The translations under genes were made by a program, and so were the position numbers. Source: Girardia tigrina (taxonomy: Eukaryota). Taken from it: a stretch of DNA of 50,662 nucleotides. The notes under the pieces were generated by a model that did not search any database, was not told the origin of the DNA, and saw nothing but the letters and a program-made list of their open reading frames with translations. Numbering within the stretch: the first letter of the stretch is position 1; every line of letters starts with the position of its first letter. The stretch lies in assembly GCA_001938485.1 (NCBI GenBank), contig MQRK01241424.1:1-50662 (forward strand). The letters are read 5' to 3'. This document shows positions 37,593 through 50,662 of this stretch, piece after piece.

Positions 37593-37934
37593 CCACATAC
37601 CATTTTATCACTTCCATTCCAATAATCGTTTTCACCATCAAATACTTTTTAAAAATTTCATTTTCAGAAAATATTTACTAACAGAAAATTTTTAAATATA
37701 TATATAAGTAAACTCCGCAAATATCGAAGTGCCACTTGCAAAAAAAATCGATATAGACATAGCATCACCTTTCATTACCTAAGATGCAGCAATTTATCAA
37801 CCATTGTGATAATGATAAAAGGACAATCCTCATGTGATGAATTTTATAAAATAAATTTTACTATGTCCTTTTTAATTAAAAAATCTTTGCTGGAAAAGCT
37901 TTATTGATATGCATAATAAAAAATGAATAATGTA

Positions 37935-39470
37935 TCCGGTAAATTCACCGAAAAACAATTCATCGAAAAACAATTCACTGAAAAAAATACCCATAAGTAG
38001 TAATACATAAGAATAATGCATAAGAAGTCATAAATTTATCTTAAAATGACAAACTTTATAATCAATAAAAAATGTTATGCCCCATACCTCTAAATAAGGA
38101 ATAATAGGTTGGCTGATCTCGTATTTTTCCAAAAGTTTTTTCAGTCTTTCAGCATAATCTCGATACTTCTTTTTCCTTGGAGCAGGATCCTGTCCGCCAA
38201 TCATTTGTTCAATTTTCGAAGAACTTAGACTTAGTTCGTGTTTTATACATTCAACAAACTTCCAAATGTTATGGTGATGAGCTGTTAGTTGCTCTTCAAA
38301 TCCACGATGCCGACCTTCAACTGAGTTATTGTGTTTTAGGTGCATTTTACCTAACTCTCACGTAAACATTCCACATTTTATGAGGAAAATATGGTAAGCG
38401 GCATCCAAGTCGGTAATCAGGGCGGCCAATCCACACATCTTCAAAGTAATTAATAATTTCTTGTACCTCAGGAATAAAAATATCGCTTTGACAGAGTTCT
38501 TCAAATGCTTCTTCGACTCTGTCGACAGGAGCATATGCAAGAGAACTTAGCATTCTTATACTAAGTGCAAATTCAGCATCTATTTCATATTTTTGCTTCA
38601 ATCCATGTGACTGAATCTTACGCATAATACATTGGGTAAAATGGAAAAAACAACCAGGTTGTTCAGTATTAGGGAAAACTTCCTTGAAAGCTTTAATCAT
38701 TGATTGTTCAAAATCAATTGTAACTGCTGGTGGTAGTTGTAAAAGATTAATACTGTTTATTTTTTCTAAGAATGTCTTATAAGTTTTGATTGACTTGTCG
38801 GGTAGCAAAGCGTATACTAATGGAATTGAGTTACCTTCTTCCAAGCCGTGTATTGTATATAATTGATGAATTAACAGGGATACCGATTTAAATGTCCTAT
38901 CTGCGTACCAAGGACTACTTCTCGTCCAAAGATGAAGATTCTTAATTTTTGAAAATATCAGGATCCTGTTTCCTTCAGTCCTGAATCAAAATATAGAAAC
39001 TCTGCACCATTTGGTAATTTAGTGAAATTTTCAGGAAATTTTATATCATTTCGATGAATGGGCAGACTAGGACCTTCATTTTTTCTAAATCTGATATTTT
39101 GCATTGTTCTCTTCATGCAACTTACACTTGGAAGTTTTCCAATTGTTGCTTGGCTCGATTTGGAAATGACTTGGACAATATGAAATTGGGAGATTCAGTT
39201 GTGTTTTCAGCCTTTGCACGAATTGTTTGATAGATTTTTAAAGCTTCAACGGTTGCTGCATCACCTGTGTGATTATGCTTATCAGAATTATCTACTAAAA
39301 CATCGTTTCCGGTTGTAATTACTCGTGCATGGCATTTAGTCTTTGATATTTTACACATTTCCAATATACTTTTTCATCGTTTTGTTTCTCTTTGAAATAT
39401 AAATGACCGTTGAAGTATAATTTCTTCATTCTCTTTTCTGATTCAATAAAATTTAAAATCATTGCTTAAA
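37935..39470 (-). mobile_element. MULE/Mutator transposon with FLYWCH domain, decayed
   Basis: KCHARVIT...HNH (FLYWCH), PLVYALLP, TIDFEQ, GCFFHFTQ, NNSVEG; subterminal AATTCACCGAAAAA x3 at 37941-37988. Confidence 0.9.
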
Positions 39471-39511
39471 TTAATTTAAAATTCTTTAAAAAAATTATTT
39501 CAGATGATTTA

Positions 39512-39551
<40 letters not shown>

Positions 39552-39560
<9 letters not shown>

Positions 39561-39810
39561 AATAACACCATTTTAATTTTAAATTTTTATTGGAAAACAT
39601 GTTTCGCCACTTTTGTGGCATCTTCAGTTCTGTATTTAATTAGAAAGTTATTGTTTATATAGAAAGATGACCATTATGTCACAGTGTGTTACGTCAAAAT
39701 ACTCTAATATGATTGGGCGAATCACTTTGTACATTTAAACTAGGTTTACAAAACTTTATCAAGAGTGCTTCAGTAATTGTCCTTTCATAATTGTGATCAA
39801 CGTTACTAAT
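39552..39810 (-). mobile_element. Penelope-like element 3' remnant (GIY-YIG C-terminus + pLTR)
   Basis: ITEALLIKFCKPSLNVQ..* (39810->39694), followed by a hammerhead and (TA)n. Confidence 0.75.
39588..39636 (-). ncRNA. Minimal type I hammerhead ribozyme (Penelope-associated)
   Basis: Minus strand: GAA-CTGAAGA-T-GCCAC-AAAA-GTGGC-GAAAC-AT-GTT-TTC. Confidence 0.75.
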
Positions 39811-39819
39811 CTGGTTACT

Positions 39820-39935
39820 GATATATGGGCCCAGCCACGATAAAGAACCGACGACATGAAAGAAGTTACAAGATACAATTAGATGATGGTAAAATATTGA
39901 TCAGAAATGTGGAATGGCTAAAGCTTGGCTAAAAA
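39820..39935 (+). pseudogene. Gypsy integrase C-terminal fragment
   Basis: YMGPATIKNRRHERSYKIQLDDGKILIRNVEWLK resembles the end of the 19877 integrase ORF. Confidence 0.65.
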
Positions 39936-40535
39936 GGATCACTAAAAGGATTGGAAAAGATTTAGTACACTAATTATAAATAAATTTTCGCATTTAAAAT
40001 TCAATTAATTTTGATCATTTTATTTATTTATTTGTTTATTACTCATTTAATTATTTATTCATTGATTTATTTTGTATTTTATCAAATACTCAAAAAATCT
40101 GTTACTATATACTTAATGCATATATATTTTTTCAGAATATGTTATAGTCGATGTGTGTAAAATTTAATTTTACATAATATACACCGAAATGCCGTATCAA
40201 GATTAATCTGCCGAGGAAATGCACGTTGAAATGAAATTATTTAAAATTTGTTTTCATAATACAAAATAAAATATTTCTTATAAAGTAAAAAACACATAAT
40301 TGAACTTATAATCTTAACATTAATAAGTATTAACAATTTGTCGGTAATTTATGTTTATAATAAAAATTATATGTACCATATTATTCCTTAGATAATGAGC
40401 GTTTTTTACCAGACCTAAAGATCTTAAATCTTGCAGTGTCTGATATAGTAATTTTAATTGTAACGGTGGTTCTTAGTATTATCGACCACTAATTTGATAC
40501 TTTCCCAGCCCATCTGGCAAAATGTTTCCGATTAA

Positions 40536-40775
40536 CCTTTAACCGGATAGAATGTTTTTGTAACATAAATGGATAGAAGAGTCCGAATGACTCTTAAGCT
40601 GAAAATTGAACGTTATTTTAAAAACTTCGAAAAAATTCGAACATTCTTTTAATAAATTTATGATTAGTTAAAAAAAATGTGCTAAAAAATTGAATTTGAA
40701 TTAGTATTTTTATTTTGTTTTACGTACGGTTAATAAAAAAAAAGAGTCCAAAAAACTCTTCTATCTGGTTAAAGG
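40536..40775. mobile_element. piggyBac-type MITE
   Basis: TTAA TSD on both sides; TIR CCTTTAACCGGATAGAA / revcomp CCTTTAACCAGATAGAA. Confidence 0.85.
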
Positions 40776-40879
40776 TTAAAAAGAAATTGCGCCTTATCGA
40801 AGGAATATAAGGGTCTTTAAAATAAACTTTAATTAAAACTTTCTTTAAAAGTTATAAAAATGAGTAATTAAAAATAAAG

Positions 40880-41527
40880 GAAGTATCTAGACAAACCCTC
40901 CAAATCAACAGGAAAAAAACATTCAGGGAAGTAAAGTTATGTTATGCATTTAATTTGATCAGAAAAAAAGCGGAGTACTATGAGCTGCTTAAACCAAATG
41001 AAACTATTGTTGCTTATAACGTTACTAACACCAATTGATAGATTTGAGACATACATTAAACGAAGCCATCCTATTCCAGTCAATAAATATCGAAAAGTGA
41101 TTTTGTGCAAGAATATACTCTTTCACATGTCGCCAATCGATTAAAAAAGACTTTTTAAGCATTTAATTTGGAAGTTCTATACCTTATTTCGTATATATCA
41201 CATTGTGACCAATCTACTTGTTTCAATCAATGTACAGTCCTGCTCAAGACCAGGACTTCAGAAATCACGAAAAAATCAAAAAATGGCTCAAAGAATAAAT
41301 CACATAAAAGCCAAACTTTTTTCTTCGATGGAATTCAAATATTCTTAAAAAAGTGGTTGAATTTATAATAAGATGAAAAATATTTTGATAAAAATAAAAT
41401 TTACTAATTCTTTGAAATGAACTTTTTTAAAAAAACAACAAATAAAAAAGTCTTTAATAAAGTCTTTGATACGAAGTCTTTTATAAAGTCTTTTTTAAAA
41501 AACAAAAAATAAGTTACACTCCTAATA
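40880..41527 (+). pseudogene. mariner transposase 3' remnant
   Basis: KVMLCI*FDQKKAEYYELLKPNETI motif; FFFDGIQIFLKKW C-terminus. Confidence 0.7.
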
Positions 41528-41932
41528 TATTAATAATTGATATTTGAGTCTTTACAAAAAAATACAGTAAAAAAGTCCACTAATTATATGATTGAATGGG
41601 TTAAATTTTTGATAGTGTTTATAAGGAGTTATTTAAAATTTTCGATTCGCTAAATAATTTAATTTTTTCAATTTAAAAATTTTGGAAAAAGTAATTATGT
41701 AAGACAACAACAGAGTTTCAATATAAAAAAAATCTAGAAATTGATTATTTCAGTAGAAATTTTGAAAATAAGAACTTTAAAAGAAATAATAAAATAAAGA
41801 AAAGTTATTGCGTAAATTTATAATACCAAGCTACTACAAAAGTATTTTTAAGAAATTAAATGGTTTTTTACAAATTAATTTTAAAATTAGATGTTTATAT
41901 AAATGGAAAAATTCATTTTATTGTGCTTAGAA

Positions 41933-43170
41933 CAGTGGTTCTCAAATGTTTTTGACAGCGATTTAATTTTTTTTCTAATCTGTAGCACTAGCGACCCAAT
42001 GAAATATAGAACCTTAGGAGATTCCCTTTATTATTTTACCTTGAGTAAAGCAATAATTCAGATAATAATTTTTATTAAAATAGCAAGTGTTAGGGAATAT
42101 GGTCATATATTGATTCAAATCTAGGTCTCTTGTCTGTCAATATACATCGGAGATCGTTTTCTGGATTAAAGTGATTTCGCTGCTTGTTTTTAATCAAGGT
42201 CAGTGCAGAAAAGCCTGTCTCACATAAGTAAGTTGTGGGAAAGGAACCAGCATCTTCATGGCTTCTGTGGCGAGCAGAGGAATGTTTTGACTTCGAGAAA
42301 CCCCCAATTGTGACAGTGATAGATGTTTGAAGCTCTCTTTCAAGGCCTGATCACTGTGCATGTCCAGAAACTGTCCTTGGATATCATCCGGGTGTTCAGG
42401 AATTATTCCTGAATGAGAAAAAATATAATATAATTTCTATACAGACTTATTGTTACAATGTCCCACATTTACTTACCAATATCTAAATCAAAATGATTTC
42501 GAATCCAACTGTGAAAGACTGCATCCGGTAAATAATGATTCATGCAATGTAGAAGACAGCAAAGATGGCTTAAAATGCTTCAGAGACCTCCTGAAGAGCG
42601 ACTGAATTAGAATCTTCTATGAAAGCATTGATCTGAGGGAATGCAGCTATTTTCCAGACAGGCATTTAATTCGCCCATAGTTCCAGCTTCAACTGAAATG
42701 ATTTGACTTTTCCAAGAAGTCCACGATTGTTACGTTTCATCCTTACAGAGAGCAATTCGATTCATTGACGTGTCCAAATATATCAGAGAGGTATCATAGA
42801 CGCGCAAGCCATGTGTGATCACTAAAGCGACCAGACGAAGAAGATTTCCCATCTAAGAATTGTTCAATTTCTATCTGCAATTCACAGACACGCTTAACAA
42901 TTGTGTCCCTTGACAGCCATCAAGTCGACAAGTAGAAAAGTAGATGTTCATATTGAGAACCCAACTCCTCACACAGGCATTTGAAAATACGTGAATTCAA
43001 GGTTTTTTTCTTTATTAAAAAACAACATCAACAACATCATCTATCACCAAAGACACTGTTTCTTGCAGCTCTTTTGATGCCAATACTTGACGATGAAACA
43101 TACAATGCACATATGGATTTTTGTCTTTGACAAGAGCATTGAGTCCACGTTTGTTACCAGGCATAGTTTT
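41933..43170 (-). mobile_element. hAT Charlie/Buster-type element, 3' half
   Basis: CAGTGGTTCTCAA terminus; FPTTYLCETGFSALTLIKNKQR; VHCMFHRQVLASK. Confidence 0.85.
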
Positions 43171-43799
43171 TAATTAACGAAAATAACGATTTTAATTAAC
43201 GAAAATTTGTTTGAAAATCTCTAGTTGTGATATAAATAAAATTTTGGAGCTTTGAATCTGTTAATAATGAAAGTGACATAAACGCTATTTACAGTGTTAA
43301 AATTTGATTACAATATATCATTATGCCAATCAAAACTTCATTTATTTGAAAGACTTTCTAGGTAGATTTTCTGAATGAAATATATGAAGGAAAAAATATT
43401 GCTTTATAAATCACATTGACTTTTCAAAGACGCAATAAAATAACTTCTTAAAATTTCGACCAAAAATGTATCATTTCATTTTAATGATGAATATAAGCAG
43501 AAACGATCACCCAATCTAGTTGTGCCGAGGGAGGTCGCATGAAACTAACCCCGGTATAAACCATGGCACGACTCACAAGCCGTACGAGTTTATATAGGAA
43601 TGAAAGTATACTTTTACTAACTGATAAAAAAAAAGAAAGATGGAGTCGCAATTGGTTCCCCATTAGCCCTAACGTTGGTATCAAATTTTTATGAAGTTTC
43701 TTGTGAATAAAATTGGTACATACCCTCGGGAAAAACATGTGCTCTAATGACATGTAGATAACATATTTCTTGTTTTCGAAAGTCAATCCATTAAAGAAC

Positions 43800-44620
43800 C
43801 ATTGTTAAATTTCTTGAATGATCTATATCCTAATATTAAATTCACTACGTAATTGGAACTTAATAACAAACTTCATTTTCTTGAAATTCTTGTCACTAGG
43901 ATAAATGGGAAATATAGAACTGAATTATACAGATATAGGAAAGATACAGATATTTACTCATTACCACAAAGCTTTTGTAAGGAAAAATATAGAGAGGGTA
44001 TGATATAGGCCTAGTTCACAGATTGTGGAGTTTTTCTTCCAACTTTGAAATTGCAAATGATGGTTTAAATCTTCTTAGATGATGCTTGAGGTATAACATG
44101 TACACAAACAAACAAATAGATCACAACATTAGGTTACATTACATTAAGGTAAAATTATGTACACAAACACTGGTTAAGAAAGGACTAAATGATGGAAAGA
44201 ATGAAGAGCACAAACAAATAATCAAAATAGCATATTCTGAAGGATTTAAAGCGTTTAAGAAGAGTATTTACAAGAAGTTAGGTTCTGTTAAAGTAGTTTC
44301 GATGACATCCAAAGTTCAAAGCTTCTCGAATAAATCGAAAACGATTTATATATTGATCTGGTTTATAAATTTGATTGTCATGGGTGTAAAAAACTCGTAC
44401 ATTGGAGAGACAAATCATCATCTGAAAATCCGAATTAGTGAGCATTCACAATCACGTCGATCGAGTAAGGTTCTTGTTATTAATCACATTATAGAAATAG
44501 TATCTCTTCTATTTAAAAAATGAGTTTTCTGTTTTAGAGATGACTTTGATTCCCATTATTAGTGACAGTTTTAACAAGACACTACAAACCATTAATAAAC
44601 ATTCAAAATTGTCAAAGTAA
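43800..44620 (+). mobile_element. Penelope-like element remnant (RT thumb + GIY-YIG)
   Basis: LNDLYPNIKFTT..NNKLHFLEILV; SYIGETNHHLKIRISEH; KPLINIQ. Confidence 0.8.
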
Positions 44621-45402
44621 ATCATTTTTAAATCCTAAAATATTTATTAAATTTTTTAAAACATTTTCCCATTATTATTCAATAATATCTTAAATTAAAT
44701 AAATAAACAAACAATTTGTTCGATTTTAAAATAATTTTATAATAAAGTAACATTAAGAATAGTAAATAATAAATATAATTACTGGTGATAGAAAAGAATT
44801 TAATAAGAATTAATTACTTAAAAGTGCTTTAACAATTTAATTTTTAAAAATTATTAAATTAGCGTTCACAAGACTCAGTATTTTTAATACTTATATAAAC
44901 TCTATATAAAAATTTGGAGAAATAATATCTAAGTTTTGCTTTATTTTATAATAGTATGCTTCAATACTTCTTTTACACCAAAAAGTACAGACCGACCAGT
45001 TAAAAGTTCTGATGAAAATGTATATTTTTAAATGGTTCAATGAATGTAATCATTTTCAAAGTGTTTGTATATGTGGTATATAAAACAGAAAGAAGATATA
45101 CTGATCAATTACATAATCCTATAAAATGTCAAATAATTCAAAGGACGTGGTTACAAATCGATATAAATGTCATGAATCGATTAATATTTTTTTAATTAAT
45201 TACTTGATTTTAATTAATAAATACAAAAAAATTTAATCACTTTATTTTAGTAATTTTAGGATGATTCTTTGAATTAATCTTTAATTTCAATAAATAGTGT
45301 ACGTTATATTCCGACTAAAAATGCCATAATTAACACGAACTCTACACATTGAAATACTTGAAATGTTGTATATCATATCCATCATTTTTATAAAGAATAA
45401 GT

Positions 45403-45495
45403 ATTTCACCCGGTCCTCATGTTGCCACGAAGACCGGACTGTGGTAGCAGAGGTGCGCATAAAGCATAGGAGTTCGGACTATTTGTGCTGGGCCC
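45403..45495 (-). repeat. ~90-nt structured motif, copy 2
   Basis: Hairpin CCGGTCTTCGTG-GCAA-CATGAGGACCGG on the minus strand; colinear with 33712-33796. Confidence 0.6.
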
Positions 45496-46096
45496 ATTTT
45501 GTATTTTAGCTTGGAGAGTTCATTTCGGATATTAAAAAATTTAGGATTTTCAAACTCGATTTTGTCACTCAGAATTATAATTAAAATTAAAAAAAAATAA
45601 AAATAAGATGTCAATTCAAAATAAGTGATATCGGTATCATCACAAAATTTCAAATCGCTTCAGAAACCAAATGAAAATCGTAATAAAATTTTGTAAAAAA
45701 ATAAATTCAAATTCTCAATCGAAAATAATAATTTGCAAACTGTAATCGTGACTGGCCGTCACAGAAATAGTCAAAATGACCCAATGAGTCATCGATTAAA
45801 ATTTTCATTTGTTCATATTATGAAAAAAATTCAAGATATTCAATTTTTTATTAAATTTTATTTAATTATTTTTAATCTTTCGTTATTAATTTATTTCATT
45901 AATTTAATTTTTTTAATTATTTAATAAATCTCATAACAATCTAAGGAAAGCAAATAACAACAGAATAAAAATTCAGGGATTGCCATTCGAATATGATTAT
46001 AATGTCGCTTTTGAATTGTCTTTGACAAGGGAGGAATTCAAATATAAATTTCAATAATAATTCAAATATAAATATATTAAATAAACATCCGAACAA

Positions 46097-46429
46097 TTAG
46101 TAAGTTGGTTTGAAGAAAATTATTTTTTCATGGAAGATTAATATTAAATGAATCAATTCTTTAATTTTCCATTTTTGCGGTCTGTATTTACTTAAATTCA
46201 TAAAGGTAATCATAAAACAATAAATATCATTGAGGCTTTGTACAGAAGATTGAAAAGTGTTATCAAGTGTTATTATATCAAAATTCTTATAAAAAGTTTC
46301 AAAAAGAATAATCATGAAAGTATTAAGATATAATCTATTTTTAGATGTCAAGCTATTCCAAAAAGCTGAATTAACATCGTTCATAAAGGAGGTCAGATAA
46401 TAATACAAATGTGTTCGAATAATGGAAAA
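46097..46429 (-). CDS. Possible terminal exon of an unknown gene, head-to-head with Myo1D
   Basis: 110 open codons after a CATCTAG acceptor; an in-phase 68-nt upstream exon candidate at 46529-46596; no domain recognised. Confidence 0.25.
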   Translation of the reverse strand, partial: FSIIRTHLYYYLTSFMNDVNSAFWNSLTSKNRLYLNTFMIILFETFYKNFDIITLDNTFQSSVQSLNDIYCFMITFMNLSKYRPQKWKIKELIHLILIFHEKIIFFKPTY

Positions 46430-47211
46430 CTAGATGTTTTAAATAAATTTGCAAACCTATGTTTATTTATGTTGTTATACTTATTTTTAATAAATATTAA
46501 TTATGAAATATTTGTTGTTAATGTTTACTTGGTAATCTGTTATTTCTTTTATTTTCACTTTCGATGTTTTTGAGTATACAATTCAATGATATAATACTGT
46601 TTAATTCAAATTTAAATCAAAGAGGGAAATAAATAATGAAATGTAATACAATAGTTTCCCTAATCGAATTCATTGTATTATGGCGTATCAGGTTAAATTT
46701 ACCATTATCATCACAAGAATACGAAATTTAATTCATAAACAATTTATTTTAATTTAAATCTAACTTAAACATTATAAATTAAATTGAGTATAAAAATACT
46801 AAAGAATAAAAATATTAAAACTGCATTTACAGAAATTTTTTTAAAAATAAACATTATTTAAAATCATTTTCAAAAATTATCGATATCAGTGTACTTGACT
46901 TAATTTAAATTTTATCATATTAAATAAAAGTTAATTTTTCAAATTTTAAATAAAACAATTTTCTAAAAATATATATTTTTATTTTTAATATATACTAATT
47001 AATATATACTAATTTATTACAAAGAATGTCGATTGGAAAATCAATATTAAAAAAATAATGATAGAAAAATTGTAACTTAATACAAAATTTGAATTGAAAA
47101 TTTGTTAATGAAATTCACAATTTTTGTTTTTCTTTTAATCAATCAAATTAATGAACTTAATTCAGTTTTAATATATTGGCAGAAATTTAAATTGTTTTCA
47201 ATTATTTTGAA

Positions 47212-47309
47212 ATGGCTTTTTTTATCGAAGGACCGGAATATGGAGTTCCAGATTTCATTCTACTCGACAATATCGATCTGAAATCTTTTGTTGACAATTT
47301 ACAAAAAAG
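47212..47309 (+). CDS. Myo1D: Unconventional myosin ID, exon 1
   Basis: MAFFIEGPEYGVPDFILLDNIDLKSFVDNLQKR; phase-2 GT-AG intron 47310-47371 (62 nt) restores [14 protein letters not shown]. Confidence 0.9.
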
Positions 47310-47371
47310 GTTTAACGATTGGTTTTCTAAAACAAGTATTCATAAAATATATTTCAAACGATCTCGTCTAG

Positions 47372-47840
47372 ATTCAGCCGAAACCGAATCTACACTTACA
47401 TCGGAGAAGTGCTAGTCGCCGTTAATCCCTACAAAGATCTCGATATTTACAACGATAAAACGGTAAACGATTACCGAAGTCGAGAATTGTACGAAAGACC
47501 GCCGCATTTATTCGCCATTGCTGATGCCGCCCATAAAATCGTGAAACGACAAAACCAGGACACGTGTATCGTTATTTCGGGCGAATCTGGGTCCGGCAAA
47601 ACCGAAGCTTCGAAGATAATTCTTCGATATATCGCCCAAGTGACCAATGTGAACGGCCAAGCGGAAATTGAACGAGTGAAAAATCTCCTTTTGAAATCGA
47701 ATTGTATTCTCGAATGTTTTGGAAATGCAAAAACGAATAGAAATGACAATTCGAGTCGATTCGGTAAATATATGGATATTCATTTTGATTTCAAAGGCGA
47801 TCCAATCGGTGGTTTTATGAACAATTATCTTTTGGAGAAG
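47372..47840 (+). CDS. Myo1D: Unconventional myosin ID motor domain, exon 2 (gene continues beyond the window)
   Basis: [16 protein letters not shown]-loop [34 protein letters not shown] followed by a GT donor at 47841; class ID/IG-type signature. Confidence 0.93.
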
Positions 47841-48769
47841 GTTATTATTTTCAATGAATATTTTAGTAAATATTTACAATTCCAATTCAAAATTTCTAAG
47901 GAAAAAGTTTGAATTGTTTTTGTTTGTTTTTTAAAAAAAATTGAAAATTAATAAAAAAAATATTAATTATTATTAAATTAATAATAAAAATAAATTATTA
48001 TAAATAATTATTAATTTAATATTGATTTTTATGGACTTAAATTCAATTTTTCTTTTATGAAAGACAGTTGTAGTTTATGTTGATGATGATGACTAATCAT
48101 TGATTTGTTGAGATTAGTTTTAAATAACTTTTTGGAAGAGTGTTAATGAAACATTTTTTGAGAAATCACACATTTTATGAAGTTTGATAATTCGATTTTA
48201 TTAAAATTTAAATGCTATTTTATAAAAATATGCTCACTTGTTGCTTTTAATCTACAAATGAAGCCAAAACTAAAATCAGTTTCCCTTTAGATGGATTATG
48301 ATTGGTTCTTTCTAACGTTAGAGTTGTGTTTATAAATATTATTATCTATATTTCTTTACTCTTGAAATGGTTTTTCAAAAAAGTTGTATGACAGTTCCAT
48401 GAAAATCTTAATACCAAAAAACGATAGCATAAGCAGGAAAATAATCTCATCAGAGTTTACTGATTCTAATTTTTTTTCTTTATAATTTAGGTGGTGATCT
48501 TTACAATGACTTTTATATTGAAAATTGATTTCATCCTTTTCTTATTCTTTATAAAAAATATTTATACAAATTTTCTGATTGACTAAATATCAAGTTTTAA
48601 TAATAATCAAAATACACTTTAAACTATATAGGATAACCCGTAAAAAACGTATTTTCTCGTGTTTTATAATAAATTCCATGAATGATTGATTAAATGTCAA
48701 GTATAAATCTAAAAGTTAATAGTATTTATGTGTATGCATAAATTCAAATTTAAATGATTTATCTAATTA

Positions 48770-49770
48770 AAGGCTGTAACTATATTAGTGAAGATCATTT
48801 ATATAGTAAGGCTGAAATTGCGGAAAAATAGATTCTGAATTTTCAAAAAAATATTTCTAAACAGATTCACTACAAAATAATTGGTTGAAAGTGGAAGTAA
48901 GTCATAAAATTATAGAACAGCCTGGCCTGAAAAAGATTTTAAGGAGAGAAGAAGAGTGTTCTAAAAGGCGTGAAAGTATTGGTCGTTCAAATAATGATGA
49001 GAGACTTAATAATGTAGAAACAGTTTGAAGCATTGATCAACAATTCAAGAAACTACTCATGAGCTAAATACATCCTATACAATGTGCCAAAGAATAATTG
49101 GTAAAAACCTGGATTTACTGTTGAAACATTAAAAATGGGTTACTCATGTTTTTCAAACCAGTAATAAAATAGTTCGCGAAGAAAGTTACAACGATTTTTA
49201 GATAATTTATCTTCTAGAATCTTTTGTTCAAATATAATTAAAATTGAGGAAAAATGAAACTACTTAATATATATGATCCCAAGGAACACAAAATAAAGTT
49301 CAATTTCTCCAGGTGACGATGAAAATGTTATTGAATCATTTATTAGATCAACAATGATAAAAGGTTGATGATGTTTTTCAATGTATAATAAAAAGATTCT
49401 CATTAAAATAAGGTTTTACCATTACATAAAACTATAAATTCAAGAATATTTATCGTATGGAAAGATTTATTATTTAGATTTATAATGCAATTCGATTTAC
49501 AACAGAAACTAATTTAGGATAAAACGTATCCCCACACCTGAACGGCTACCATGCATTACTTTTAGGAAAGAGATGTACGTTTATATAAAAAGCCTTCATA
49601 TTCCCCCAATTATAAATCGCTTGACTGCAACATTTCACCAAGATTGGAAGTCAATAGAAGTAAAATTTTTAGTAGCGCATAATGATAGAATTTTACGGAA
49701 TATAATTTTTCCATAGTTAACTATAAAAATGAATCTTATACTATACTTTTACTTCACTATGTGCGCATTA
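48770..49770 (+). pseudogene. Highly decayed mariner element in the Myo1D intron
   Basis: Remnants of WVPH-like and HPPYSPDLAP-like coding. Confidence 0.45.
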
Positions 49771-50662
49771 AACATTATTACTAGTTTTCTGTGGGAAGTG
49801 TTATCCGTGCTAAATATCAAATGCGGAAACAGATACCCCATTGTTTTCGGTTTAAAAGACAAACGACATCAGTTTAGATATAATTATCTAATAAGATTAC
49901 TGTAACATAAGATGTAATTATATAAACCTAAAATACGATTTACCATCTCAGCATTTTGAAAATGATTGTTCTAAAGAAATATTTATCATCCTGAAAAATT
50001 TAAACATAATTATAAAATGATTTTTATACTTCTTCACTGGCAAGATTGACTTATGAGACTTGAGTGAATTAATGTATTTGCTCTCTTGAAATGATATTAT
50101 TTTTCATTAACTGTGGGCCCTCAACAACTTGGTCAATCGTGTATGCTTCAAATTCTCTTCACATCACAGAACTTTCGTTTTCCACATTTAAATATTTTCC
50201 TTCGTATAAAAACAAATATGAAAATCTTTCACTTAAATTATGTTCTGGTGAAGAATTTCAAATTGACTTTTTCATTCCATCAGTTTCTATTATTTACCGT
50301 TTTAAATAAATAACTAAATTTAATAAGAATCCTAATTATTTATAACGTTATACTTGTATTAAACTATTTCACTTGCATCTACCATGGTAATATAATTAAC
50401 AATGATTTATTTATTCTTAAATATTGGAATAATTATTAATTACTATATTTTTCGGATTATAAGGCACACCTAAAATCTTTATATTTTTTTTAAAAAATTC
50501 CCATCTTTAATAGATGTTGAGAATATAGAAACAGCAAGATCGCTTATATATATATATATATATATTAGGTTGTTCGATATGAAACGGGTCAAAATTAAAG
50601 TAAAATGTAAATCGATTTTTTTTAAATAATAACATTTTATTTTTAATCAAAATATCCCCCCA

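Noticed and set aside
32891-37640. UGA-recoded (selenoprotein or alternative code) reading of the minus-strand islands
   Set aside because: TAA/TAG stops also block the frames of island B, the translations are not protein-like, and neighbouring genes end in TGA
45403-45470. Twister ribozyme on the + strand
   Set aside because: Lacks AAGC and a matching UAA/P2/NGC segment; the minus-strand hairpin pairs better
1-50662. CRISPR arrays, rRNA, tRNA, spliceosomal snRNA or SL RNA genes
   Set aside because: No diagnostic motifs seen by eye; eukaryotic context

Overview
Very AT-rich metazoan genomic DNA. The short 62-nt intron, the degenerate TTAGGG tract and the TE repertoire would fit a triclad flatworm, but that is inference. 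Much of the window is nested, decayed transposons: a Gypsy LTR element with a pogo/Tigger element inside its 5' LTR, several hAT elements, mariner/Tc1, MULE, an RTE-like LINE, Penelope remnants and MITEs. Host genes: the first two exons of a myosin ID orthologue, an intronless RING-finger/coiled-coil gene, and a 647-aa disordered protein. The most notable non-coding signals are: (i) an HDV-like ribozyme whose G1 is the first base of the LINE; (ii) a Penelope-type hammerhead; (iii) four GC-rich, densely base-paired islands without credible ORFs at 32.0-37.6 kb around the RING gene; (iv) a dispersed ~90-nt motif with a covarying GCAA hairpin; (v) a 315-bp palindrome inserted with an 11-bp TSD. 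All RNA folding was done by eye.
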